The notes under the pieces: generated by a model | Databases searched by the model: none | What the model saw: the letters and a program-made list of their open reading frames with translations, nothing else | Told to the model about the DNA's origin: nothing | Program-made: the position numbers and the translations under genes | Virus record (IMG/VR): IMGVR_UViG_3300033555_000001 | Span: 32,001 to 96,000 of that record | Strand: one strand, 5' to 3' | Length of the DNA: 64,000 bases | Origin: a virus | Lineage: Duplodnaviria > Caudoviricetes | Shown: positions 20,179-28,205 of the stretch, one piece after another | How the letters are laid out: each line of letters starts with the position of its first letter | How positions within the stretch are numbered: the first letter of the stretch is position 1

Positions 20179-20224
20179 CCGTTACAATTCTCTTGTGTTA
20201 TTAATAAGAGCTAATTGTTAGAAT
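20178..20224 (+). promoter_or_regulatory. ACCGTTACA-box promoter
   Basis: ACCGTTACA-N32-TAGAAT upstream of ORF 20249. Confidence 0.55.
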
Positions 20225-20248
20225 ATACTCAATTACTAAGGAACAACC

Positions 20249-20524
20249 ATGTCTGATTTAATTAGCCGTATCAATGACATTACAAAAGACGCCAACAACA
20301 GCGATGACGTAAAAATCAAAGAGCTAATAGGTTTCTATTTTAAAAATACTGTGTACCTTTCTCCAGATATGATTGGCCTAATTCTTTTTAATATTGAGCG
20401 AATTGTAAATGCGCGTGTGATTAAAAATCCGGATCCTGGTGTTCCGCTTAATGCAGGTGTTAATGTCGTGCAGCTAGTACCAAAACATCCAGACAGGCGG
20501 TCCAATCGCGGGCGCGAAATTTGA
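20249..20524 (+). CDS. Hypothetical protein
   Basis: AAGGA RBS. Confidence 0.6.
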   Translation: MSDLISRINDITKDANNSDDVKIKELIGFYFKNTVYLSPDMIGLILFNIERIVNARVIKNPDPGVPLNAGVNVVQLVPKHPDRRSNRGREI

Positions 20525-20542
20525 TACCCGCGAAAGATTAAA

Positions 20543-20791
20543 ATGATTCCACCAGATCAGCCACTGAACACTGCGGTTTTTAAAAGTAGTGATTTGATAA
20601 AGTGTTATAGACCGCCTAGTCTTCTGTCAGTAATGCCTGGAAATAAAGTAATGTTAGGTTCGTCAGGGCCGTGTATGATTGTTGCTGATGTTGATAAAAA
20701 TGGCGATGCAGTATGCCAATTTGAAGATGATGGAAAATTGGTGCAGTATACTTTTCCCTTAGCCATGCTTACGTGCTTTGGCGCTGAATAA
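20543..20791 (+). CDS. YodC/DUF2158-like protein
   Basis: GNKVMLGSSGPCMIV...VCQF...YTFPLAML. Confidence 0.6.
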   Translation: MIPPDQPLNTAVFKSSDLIKCYRPPSLLSVMPGNKVMLGSSGPCMIVADVDKNGDAVCQFEDDGKLVQYTFPLAMLTCFGAE

Positions 20792-20804
20792 TATTGAGAT
20801 TAAA

Positions 20805-21218
20805 ATGATTCATATTATCTATTTGATTCTAATTGTCCTTGCATACAATTTTGGCTGGACAGCTGCACACCGAATGGTTGCAAGAGAATCCGAGTTGCTT
20901 GGCAAATTCTTTGTAGGTTCTAAAGTTTTTAAGAGTGAGCTGATTGAAGATCGCAGTCCAGCAGTCAAGGCAGATCTTCAACCGATACCGCAAGATTCTA
21001 TTTCAACTAACACTGTTAAAACTTCAGAGTCTGCAGTAGATTTAACTCACTTTATAGTAGGCAGCAAAGTATTTTTAAAATCCGGTGGTGCGCTAATGGA
21101 GGTTATTGGAATTCTTGATAACACGGATGTAGTCTGCTGGTATAGGAAAGATTCAGCAATTACGTTTGGAACTTTTCCACAAGCTGTGCTAAGAGGTTTA
21201 TCCAAGCAAACTAAGTAA
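20805..21218 (+). CDS. Membrane-anchored protein with C-terminal YodC/DUF2158-like domain
   Basis: N-terminal TM helix; VGSKVFLKSGGALMEV...VCWY...GTFPQAVL. Confidence 0.6.
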   Translation: MIHIIYLILIVLAYNFGWTAAHRMVARESELLGKFFVGSKVFKSELIEDRSPAVKADLQPIPQDSISTNTVKTSESAVDLTHFIVGSKVFLKSGGALMEVIGILDNTDVVCWYRKDSAITFGTFPQAVLRGLSKQTK

Positions 21219-21243
21219 TAATTGCATTTTAACGGGGGCTAAC

Positions 21244-21483
21244 GTGATATTAAATCTTTCTACAGAAAAGCATTTTGAGTTGTATGTTCTTGCTGCCATC
21301 GCAGCACCAGGCCCAACTACAGAGCAAATAACGACGGCTCAGAGGATGGATAAAAACTTGAATCCATATAACGACTACAATAAACCTAAGTTGCGAGATA
21401 CGGTTGAGATTATTGCTGATTACAAATTAGGCTGTGCAGACATTCTTCTAGCACGAGCAGTAAAGCAATTTGAAAAGGCATGA
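21244..21483 (+). CDS. Hypothetical protein
   Basis: GGGGG RBS and GTG start. Confidence 0.5.
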   Translation: MILNLSTEKHFELYVLAAIAAPGPTTEQITTAQRMDKNLNPYNDYNKPKLRDTVEIIADYKLGCADILLARAVKQFEKA

Positions 21484-21489
21484 TGTTAT

Positions 21490-21771
21490 ATGTGCAAAAA
21501 CCCATGTAAAGAATGTCCGTTTAAAGTTGAGAACGCCGGGCAGCTGTGTCATATCATGGTAGACCAAATGGAGGATAATGCTCAGTACCTCAAAGGGTTT
21601 CCGTGCCACATGAAAAACCCTAACAACGATATCCTGACGTGCGAGTCCCCAGCGCAAAACGCGAATGACTGCTCCGGGTTTAAGCGGATGCGAGAAAATC
21701 AGATGGCGGGATATGACGTAACTCTTCACCCAGATGTCGTTAGTTCATTTGACGAATTAATGAATTACTAA
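21490..21771 (+). CDS. Cys-rich metal-binding hypothetical protein
   Basis: PCKECPF, FPCHM, CSG motifs. Confidence 0.55.
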   Translation: MCKNPCKECPFKVENAGQLCHIMVDQMEDNAQYLKGFPCHMKNPNNDILTCESPAQNANDCSGFKRMRENQMAGYDVTLHPDVVSSFDELMNY

Positions 21772-21812
21772 ACGCTATTTGTCACCTAATGCCTCTATAA
21801 CGCGAGAATAAG

Positions 21813-22268
21813 ATGCGATTTTACTGCTTTGTTAATAACGTCTATATGTCTGCCATCCAACACGGAATTCAGACCGCTCACGCCGTGTCAGAAATGAGCT
21901 TTAAAACCGCTCGTAATCCTGAAGCTCACGCAAAATATCTGATGTGGGCAGCGTGGCACAAGACGATCATTGTGTTACAAGGCGGGAATGTAGAGAATCT
22001 GCTGCGCTTAGAAAATGAAATAACTATATTGGCTAAGGAACTCGAACTGCCAGCTGTATCGTTCAGAGAAGATGAGGCGAGTCTCGGCGGAATAATTACC
22101 GCTGTGGCCGTGATACTTCCAGAAGCACTCTACGACACTGAGGTAGTGAAAGACGAAGACGGCTATACTGCCTTTAAACCACCTGTGGTTGGTGCGCAGT
22201 GGATCTCTGATTCATGGAGCCCCGAGCATAAACTGCTGTCGTTAATCAAGCTTGCTCGCCTTGCCTAG
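21813..22268 (+). CDS. Peptidyl-tRNA hydrolase 2 (Pth2)-like protein
   Basis: GIQTAHAV, HKTIIVL, FRED...LGGIITAVAV pattern of the Pth2 fold. Confidence 0.6.
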   Translation: MRFYCFVNNVYMSAIQHGIQTAHAVSEMSFKTARNPEAHAKYLMWAAWHKTIIVLQGGNVENLLRLENEITILAKELELPAVSFREDEASLGGIITAVAVILPEALYDTEVVKDEDGYTAFKPPVVGAQWISDSWSPEHKLLSLIKLARLA

Positions 22269-23017
22269 TCCAGACTCTTGACCCAGCGCTGATTAATTTT
22301 GGCGCGCTCTTCTGCGGTTATGGATAACAGCGCTTTTGCAATAATACTCGGGAGCACTGTGTTTCCCTTTAGTACTGCAAAATTGTAGGCGTAGTCGAAT
22401 CCAATCTGAGTTGCAGAGGTAGGAAGTTCAGTATTTTGGCGCAGCCACAAGTACGTGGCGTGATCCATTACTGCAGCCTCTACCGCGCCGGCGAGCATGG
22501 CGTCCATTGACAGCGAATCATTATCAAATTCAACCAGCTTTGCAAATGGCAGTTCGCTGTCAACCCAGGCTTTTACGGAGAATTTTTTTGCAATACTTAC
22601 AGATTTGGGCAGCTCCAGTACTGGGGCAGTGGTTACCAGCACGCCGCCCACTAAAGAATATGGCGGCGTAAATTCCAAGTACTCTAGCCGTTCAGCATTA
22701 ACTCTAATTGTGGTAATAAGATCTACTTTTTTGTCTTGAACGGCCACCAGTCCGGCATGAAATGTGCTGAACTCAACGGGGACTAATTTTAGCCCGGTTT
22801 TCCGCTCAATTAGTCGCACATAATCTATAGACATGCCGCGGAGTTTATCACCGTCCTTAAACATGTACGGTGCATGAGCTGTTTCTGCAACAAAAGTAAT
22901 TGTCGGATTAGCTCTTATATATTCTTTTTCAAAAAGAGTTAACCCAATATCTGGTTTAATGGGCGTACATGCTGTGAAAAACGTAGTAGTAAAAAGAAGA
23001 ATAAATTTAAGCATCAT
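22265..23017 (-). CDS. Lipoprotein with type-2 periplasmic binding (PBPb/Venus flytrap) domain
   Basis: Lipobox FTAC; EKEYIRANPTI, APY...GMSIDY, KKVDL, ERLEYLEFTPPY; TAAATA at 23040-23045. Confidence 0.8.
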   Translation of the reverse strand: MMLKFILLFTTTFFTACTPIKPDIGLTLFEKEYIRANPTITFVAETAHAPYMFKDGDKLRGMSIDYVRLIERKTGLKLVPVEFSTFHAGLVAVQDKKVDLITTIRVNAERLEYLEFTPPYSLVGGVLVTTAPVLELPKSVSIAKKFSVKAWVDSELPFAKLVEFDNDSLSMDAMLAGAVEAAVMDHATYLWLRQNTELPTSATQIGFDYAYNFAVLKGNTVLPSIIAKALLSITAEERAKINQRWVKSLD

Positions 23018-23128
23018 CTAGCCCCGTGAGTGATGTACTTATTTACACCCGGAAATTCATCCTGATCTATATCGTTTAAGCGGGTGTTTTTCGATTAGAA
23101 TAAGTTCTTATATGTTATTGGAGACAGT

Positions 23129-23755
23129 ATGACTAGCCTGGCAAAAACAAACATTGAGCGCCAAATTGCAGCGCTTGAGCAACTTAACGGTGTTATTGAA
23201 TCAGCGGTATATCAGAAAATTGTTGATGCAGTTACCTCAGTGGCGCGGCAGAATTATCGTACTCGGGTGCTCATGGCTGGTGTTGGTAAAAACGCCAATA
23301 TCGCCGCTAAAATTTCAGAGACAATGGCAAGCTTAGGTATTCCTTCTATGCCAATTAATGTGTCGCACTTAGGGCATGGCGATTTTGGCTATATTGGTCC
23401 CTACGATACAATCATTCACATTTCACGGTCAGGTACTACGCGTGAGATGCTTGTGGCAATGGAACACATTGCGCTTATTCGACCAAGTGTGCTGCAGGTA
23501 CTGATTCACTGTAAGGCCGGCAAACCCGCAAACCCACATGCCGGTCTGGAGTTGTTTATTGGCGCAGTCAAAGAGGGTGATGAGCACGGCTTGGCTCCAA
23601 CAACAAGCACCACTGCGCTGCTCTGTATTTTAGACTGCATTTCTGTAGAAGCCTCGCACAACATTAAATTTGCTAGACTGAACTTTTTAAAGTTTCACCC
23701 GGATGGCGCACTTGGCGCGTTGCTTAAGGCTGAGCAGGAGAAGACAAATGTGTGA
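23129..23755 (+). CDS. SIS-domain sugar-phosphate isomerase (arabinose-5-P isomerase KdsD/GutQ-like, no CBS domains)
   Basis: GVGKN...AAKI, HGDFG, ISRSGTT, APTTSTT, FHPDGALG. Confidence 0.85.
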   Translation: MTSLAKTNIERQIAALEQLNGVIESAVYQKIVDAVTSVARQNYRTRVLMAGVGKNANIAAKISETMASLGIPSMPINVSHLGHGDFGYIGPYDTIIHISRSGTTREMLVAMEHIALIRPSVLQVLIHCKAGKPANPHAGLELFIGAVKEGDEHGLAPTTSTTALLCILDCISVEASHNIKFARLNFLKFHPDGALGALLKAEQEKTNV

Positions 23756-24026
23756 GTGCGAAGTTTGTAAGCACGGCCGGATTTTTACTAAGAAGATTGA
23801 GGAACTGCTCCCAGAGCAGCGAGATTATTTTATCAGCCTGTACGAAGAGCTAATCGAGACTAAGTTTGATCTGGAGTATAAAACAGCCCTCATTAACGGA
23901 ACACTGTCTAATTCAGTAGCCCGGTTATCCAAGGCACTAGAGCGCGCGGAAAATAACATTCGGATTATAAAGGGCAAAGCTTCATGCGTACTTAACCGCC
24001 CTATTCCAGGCAGAGAGGAATACTAA
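23748..24026 (+). CDS. Hypothetical protein (CxCxxC)
   Basis: AGGAG RBS; lies between the isomerase and nucleotidyltransferase genes. Confidence 0.55.
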   Translation: MCECEVCKHGRIFTKKIEELLPEQRDYFISLYEELIETKFDLEYKTALINGTLSNSVARLSKALERAENNIRIIKGKASCVLNRPIPGREEY

Positions 24027-25684
24027 TGAACGTAGTAATTGTTGCAGGTGGACTTGGATCAAGACTGGCACCGCTCACAAACAACGTGCCAAAGTTCCTG
24101 GTGAATATCGGCAAACAAACTGGTTACGTTGAACAGGTCAGATACTGGCTTAAAAATTTGCCACTGTTTGATGGTGGGAACTTATCGGCCAATACACTCA
24201 ATCTTACTGTAATTGTGCACAGCGCTTATGCAGACATGGTCAGCGAGTATCACAAGATGTATTTTCCGCTCGTTGAGCTCACCATCAAAACTACTGACGC
24301 GGCTAATGGATCAGCACATGCCATTAGTACTTGCTGCGAGCACCTAACTGGAGAATCGGTCTTTTTCCAGTGGTGCGACACCATGCCAAATCAACCGTTT
24401 ACTGGTGATATGTTACGGTGGATAAGTGGAAAAGCGAATATTATCTTTACTAATTACGACCACCCAAATCGCTATGGCACTAAGCAATTAGACGAGCTTG
24501 GCCCGGTTGAGGCTGTTTTACAGCCAGACGGCCGCGGCGGAATTTTCGGCCTGTACCACATTAGCAACTTTAAACCGCTTCCATACGCAGACGGTCAAGA
24601 TTTCGTAGAAGTAATTTCTCAGTACGGTACAAGCTATGAAGTACGGCTGGACTCCATAGTTGATTGGGGCGACATGCCTAAGCTTGAGCGCACTCGCTCT
24701 ACTGCTGATTCCGCTCGAGAGTTTAATAAAGTTGAGTTCCACGGTGAGCTTGTTGTAAAGTCCTCCTTGAACGAACAGGGTGACGGCCTCATTACCAAAG
24801 AAATGAATTGGTATAAGCTATTAAATGAGTTCAATGCGCCACTGCGTGGTATCAGAATTCCTAATACGTACTTTGGATCTGATGGAAAAAGTTTTATTAT
24901 GTCCCGCGTTAAAGGTGTGCCAGTATTTGAGCTGTGGCCGAGCCTGGACTCTGAAAATCGCGCTCTTGTTCTACAGCGGTTAATTGACCAAATGAAAAAG
25001 TTACATAGTCTGCATTCGATAAATGTGTCTAAAAAAGTTATTATCGACGACATTAAGACTGAGGCTCGAAATAAACTAATTTCCAGATGGCATGAAATTC
25101 GCGGCTTTGTTGAATGTTTTGGCGCGGTGAGCAGTGTTAACGGACAGGAGCTCTCTGGCTGTGGGCGAGATTACCCAGAATATATTATTAATTCGCTGTG
25201 TGACGAGTTAATTGGATGTGACGGAAATTCTGGAGTTTATGGCGCCCTTAACTTTTATTCTATCGTGCACGGCGATCTACAGATGTCAAACACCATGATT
25301 GACCCTGACACTCTAGAAGTTTCTATCATTGATCCTCGTGGATATTTTGGAAAAACCCTAGGTTATGGTCTGCCTGATTATGACATTGCTAAGTTGCTGT
25401 ACTCCCTTAATGGATACGACCTGTTTAACTACTCTAAGACCTTTCATATTGACGTGGTTAAAACTCCTTATAACACGACAGATATTAAATTCGATATCCC
25501 TCAGCCCGCTCTGGGGGGCTGCGAAGATATAATCGCACGCACCTTTAGAAGAGAACACCATATCTGGCTTGCCATCATCTTTCTTGGTTTGGCACAGTAC
25601 ATTAAAAATGATCCAGTTAAATGTATTGCTGCACATTATCACGGGCTGAGCCTTGCAGAGAAAGTGCTGTCCAGAAAGATATAA
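24026..25684 (+). CDS. Sugar nucleotidyltransferase (NTP transferase) fused to APH/choline-kinase-like phosphotransferase
   Basis: VAGGLGSRL...PKFLV N-terminus; HGDL..SN, IIDPRGYFG and YDIAKL C-terminus. Confidence 0.85.
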   Translation: MNVVIVAGGLGSRLAPLTNNVPKFLVNIGKQTGYVEQVRYWLKNLPLFDGGNLSANTLNLTVIVHSAYADMVSEYHKMYFPLVELTIKTTDAANGSAHAISTCCEHLTGESVFFQWCDTMPNQPFTGDMLRWISGKANIIFTNYDHPNRYGTKQLDELGPVEAVLQPDGRGGIFGLYHISNFKPLPYADGQDFVEVISQYGTSYEVRLDSIVDWGDMPKLERTRSTADSAREFNKVEFHGELVVKSSLNEQGDGLITKEMNWYKLLNEFNAPLRGIRIPNTYFGSDGKSFIMSRVKGVPVFELWPSLDSENRALVLQRLIDQMKKLHSLHSINVSKKVIIDDIKTEARNKLISRWHEIRGFVECFGAVSSVNGQELSGCGRDYPEYIINSLCDELIGCDGNSGVYGALNFYSIVHGDLQMSNTMIDPDTLEVSIIDPRGYFGKTLGYGLPDYDIAKLLYSLNGYDLFNYSKTFHIDVVKTPYNTTDIKFDIPQPALGGCEDIIARTFRREHHIWLAIIFLGLAQYIKNDPVKCIAAHYHGLSLAEKVLSRKI

Positions 25685-25701
25685 TTCAGCTCTGGTTGTA
25701 C

Positions 25702-25731
25702 GGTGTACTTTTCTAAAAAACTTGTATATAA
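25702..25731 (+). promoter_or_regulatory. Sigma70-like early promoter
   Basis: GTGTAC-N18-TATAAT; the same form recurs at about 55406 and 60528. Confidence 0.55.
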
Positions 25732-25752
25732 TCTCTCCTAACAGGAGTGGAT

Positions 25753-26061
25753 ATGAAAACAATCTACAAGTATGTGTTACCTTTTATGGAAATTGTGCAC
25801 ATTGATTTGCCAAAGGGTGCAGAGGTTATCAGGTGCGATGGGATCGAGGGCTTCATTTATATTTGGTGCGTAATTGACACTGAAGCTCCTCTTGAAAAGC
25901 GCACGTTTTACCTGTTTAAAACTGGCGCAAAAATAGATGATAATCTGAATTTAAAATATCTGGGCTGTGGTGCGATCTTTATTCAGATGGAATTAATGAT
26001 GTACATCTTTGAATCAAAAGATCCATGGCGCCCATATTCAGCTACTTCAACGGTGTGCTAG
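25753..26061 (+). CDS. Conserved phage hypothetical protein (IYKY...LP family)
   Basis: TIYKYVLP...LPKGA...IWC...RTF...TG pattern. Confidence 0.55.
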   Translation: MKTIYKYVLPFMEIVHIDLPKGAEVIRCDGIEGFIYIWCVIDTEAPLEKRTFYLFKTGAKIDDNLNLKYLGCGAIFIQMELMMYIFESKDPWRPYSATSTVC

Positions 26062-26062
26062 C

Positions 26063-26689
26063 ATGCTAATAGGAAATGCGCCAGTAATTCTTGGACCGTA
26101 CGGTTTAGACATTACTGAGTTTCTATTCTGCCAGGACATGCCAATTTCTTTAGTTGGCAGTACTGGCGTCTCCATACCCGACAATTTAAAGTTTACAGCT
26201 CCTCTAGTAAACGCGGTCAAAGCAGACCTCCATAAAAATAATATTAAGTTAGATGGGGTCTACATTTATTTGACGGCTAAAAATACAATTGTCCCTGCAA
26301 ATCAAGAACAGGCGCGACCGGGCTGGCACACTGATGGCTTTGGCTCAGCTGATCTGAACTATATTTGGTACGATAAAATCCCAACGGTGTTTTGTGCTGG
26401 TGAGCTTGAAGTATCTGACGATCATGAACTTTCAATGTTAGAGATGGCTCAAGGCTGTGAGGGCCGAGAGCTTAAAACCTATCCCAACCATTTCTTGTTG
26501 AAGCTAGACCAAACCGTAATCCATCGCTGTGGCACTTCAGAAAAGACCGAGCAGCGCGCATTTATCAAAATTTCAGTATCCAAGAACAAATACAACTTAC
26601 AGGGTAATGCTAAAAATTACCTGCTGAACTACGACTGGGACATGCTGCCGCGAAATCAAACTCGTAACAATCCACACAAGCCAGAATAA
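26063..26689 (+). CDS. 2OG-Fe(II) oxygenase-like protein
   Basis: RPGWHTDG (HxD), distal IHR and RAFIKIS of the DSBH fold. Confidence 0.55.
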   Translation: MLIGNAPVILGPYGLDITEFLFCQDMPISLVGSTGVSIPDNLKFTAPLVNAVKADLHKNNIKLDGVYIYLTAKNTIVPANQEQARPGWHTDGFGSADLNYIWYDKIPTVFCAGELEVSDDHELSMLEMAQGCEGRELKTYPNHFLLKLDQTVIHRCGTSEKTEQRAFIKISVSKNKYNLQGNAKNYLLNYDWDMLPRNQTRNNPHKPE

Positions 26690-26745
26690 CCGTTACAAAA
26701 TATTTTTTTGGGATCAGTGTTATTTTCCAGAAAAGGTGATATTAT
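26689..26745 (+). promoter_or_regulatory. ACCGTTACA-box promoter
   Basis: ACCGTTACA-N42-TATTAT. Confidence 0.45.
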
Positions 26746-26769
26746 TCTTCTTGTACCACTGGAGATTAT

Positions 26770-26952
26770 ATGCACAGCTCAAGATTACTGGCAACGCAGA
26801 TAAAATGCGGATTTTTGTTTCAGCCAGCAGGATTTTGGATTGGGGCGCACTGGTCGCGGCATAACAGACGCCTCTGCATTAATGTGCTGCCATGTTGCAC
26901 TATGTGGATCGCGCTACCAGGTGGAAATCTTCCAAACAAGGTTAAACTCTAA
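26770..26952 (+). CDS. Small hypothetical protein
   Basis: GGAG RBS. Confidence 0.55.
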   Translation: MHSSRLLATQIKCGFLFQPAGFWIGAHWSRHNRRLCINVLPCCTMWIALPGGNLPNKVKL

Positions 26953-26953
26953 T

Positions 26954-27148
26954 ATGAAGACTAAAATGGCAGAGCAAAAAGACCTAGACATGGATCTTGT
27001 GTATTCAATTGTTCGTGCTGCAATAACTGCCGCGCGCCGTGATCAGATTAAAAAAGTTTCGACCCTAAGAGAAATTCTGATTACTGAATTTTGTGACAGA
27101 GCTGCTGTTAATGCGGCGTTGGTTATTTGGTCTGTTAATTCAGAATAA
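26954..27148 (+). CDS. Hypothetical protein
   Basis: Start revised to the ATG after the upstream stop. Confidence 0.45.
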   Translation: MKTKMAEQKDLDMDLVYSIVRAAITAARRDQIKKVSTLREILITEFCDRAAVNAALVIWSVNSE

Positions 27149-27173
27149 TTCGAGAATATGAAGACTGAAATGA

Positions 27174-27398
27174 TTGTTCCAAGCTTACGATAATTTTAAC
27201 TTTTTTGGAGTTTTAATGGGCGTTGAACCTGGGGAAAAGCGAATCAAGGACTTTGGACTCTGGCTGGACGAGCCAATGGATCTTGACGAATTTTTTGGAA
27301 CGCCGCCGCCTTACCCAATAATGCTGACCAAAGCAAAAAGCGCTATCCTTAAACTGTGTGCAGCCGCCAAAGGAAAAATGTTAAAGAAAGTAGCTTAA
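27174..27398 (+). CDS. Hypothetical protein
   Basis: C-terminal EPMDLDEFFGTPPP is paralogous to ORF 28103. Confidence 0.45.
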   Translation: MFQAYDNFNFFGVLMGVEPGEKRIKDFGLWLDEPMDLDEFFGTPPPYPIMLTKAKSAILKLCAAAKGKMLKKVA

Positions 27399-27407
27399 GG
27401 AAATAAG

Positions 27408-27749
27408 ATGAAAATCAAAACATCAGAATTAAAAGACGCCGCCCTTAATTATGCAGTGGCTCGGGCTTCGGGAAAGCGTCCGAGCATGTTTATATTCCAG
27501 CAGACCGGAAAATTGGCAGCGGAGCACAACTATTCAACAGACTGTGCACAGGGCGGGCCGGTCATTGATCGTGAACATATTGGCACTGATTGGTGCGGGT
27601 TTGGCGTCTGGGAGGCGTGGGACGACAAAACTATGCCGGCGCCGCGCTACACCGGCCCCACACGCTTGATCGCAGCTATGCGTTGCTACGTTGCCAGTTG
27701 TTTAGGGGGTGAAGTTGAGATCCCAGAGGAGCTTTGTAATGTTAATTAA
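27408..27749 (+). CDS. NinX/DUF2591-family protein
   Basis: LNYAVA, YSTD..QGGPVIDRE, GPTRLIAAMRCYVAS.LG.EVEIPEEL. Confidence 0.8.
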   Translation: MKIKTSELKDAALNYAVARASGKRPSMFIFQQTGKLAAEHNYSTDCAQGGPVIDREHIGTDWCGFGVWEAWDDKTMPAPRYTGPTRLIAAMRCYVASCLGGEVEIPEELCNVN

Positions 27750-28083
27750 AGTTAATACTTTGGCCGACCTTGCCCTTAACTGGGCAGTTGCGAAAGCGCT
27801 TGGGGAATACGAGCACAACCTTGAGCCAAAGCAGTTTACGAAGCTGCACGATGCTGGGGAGTTTCACTATTCAACCGACTTGTTCCAAGGTGGGTCAATC
27901 ATCGAGTGGGAACGTATTAACCCTACACCGTACACGGTCGGCAAAGATTGGTTCGCCACGCTACCGAATGCCACGGGCGGTGTATGTGTTACAGGCCCCA
28001 CCCTGCTCATTGCAGCCATGCGCTGCTTTGTGACATCGAAGTTGGGAGAGGAAATTGAAATACCCGATGAGTTGTTAAGTTAA
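27739..28083 (+). CDS. NinX/DUF2591-family protein (tandem paralogue)
   Basis: LNWAVA, YSTD..QGGSIIEWE, GPTLLIAAMRCFVTSKLGEEIEIPDEL. Confidence 0.8.
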   Translation: MLIKVNTLADLALNWAVAKALGEYEHNLEPKQFTKLHDAGEFHYSTDLFQGGSIIEWERINPTPYTVGKDWFATLPNATGGVCVTGPTLLIAAMRCFVTSKLGEEIEIPDELLS

Positions 28084-28102
28084 AACTTAATATGGAGCTG
28101 AC

Positions 28103-28204
28103 ATGGCTGAGCCAATGGATCTTGACAGATATTTTGGCACGGCCCCACCACCCTCTAAACTAGTGATTGCAGTACGGGGTTGGTTTAAAAAATTGGGAGG
28201 ATAA
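28103..28204 (+). CDS. 33-aa peptide paralogous to the C-terminus of ORF 27174
   Basis: MAEPMDLDRYFGTAPPP...; GGAG RBS; read by hand. Confidence 0.45.
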   Translation: MAEPMDLDRYFGTAPPPSKLVIAVRGWFKKLGG

Positions 28205-28205
28205 A

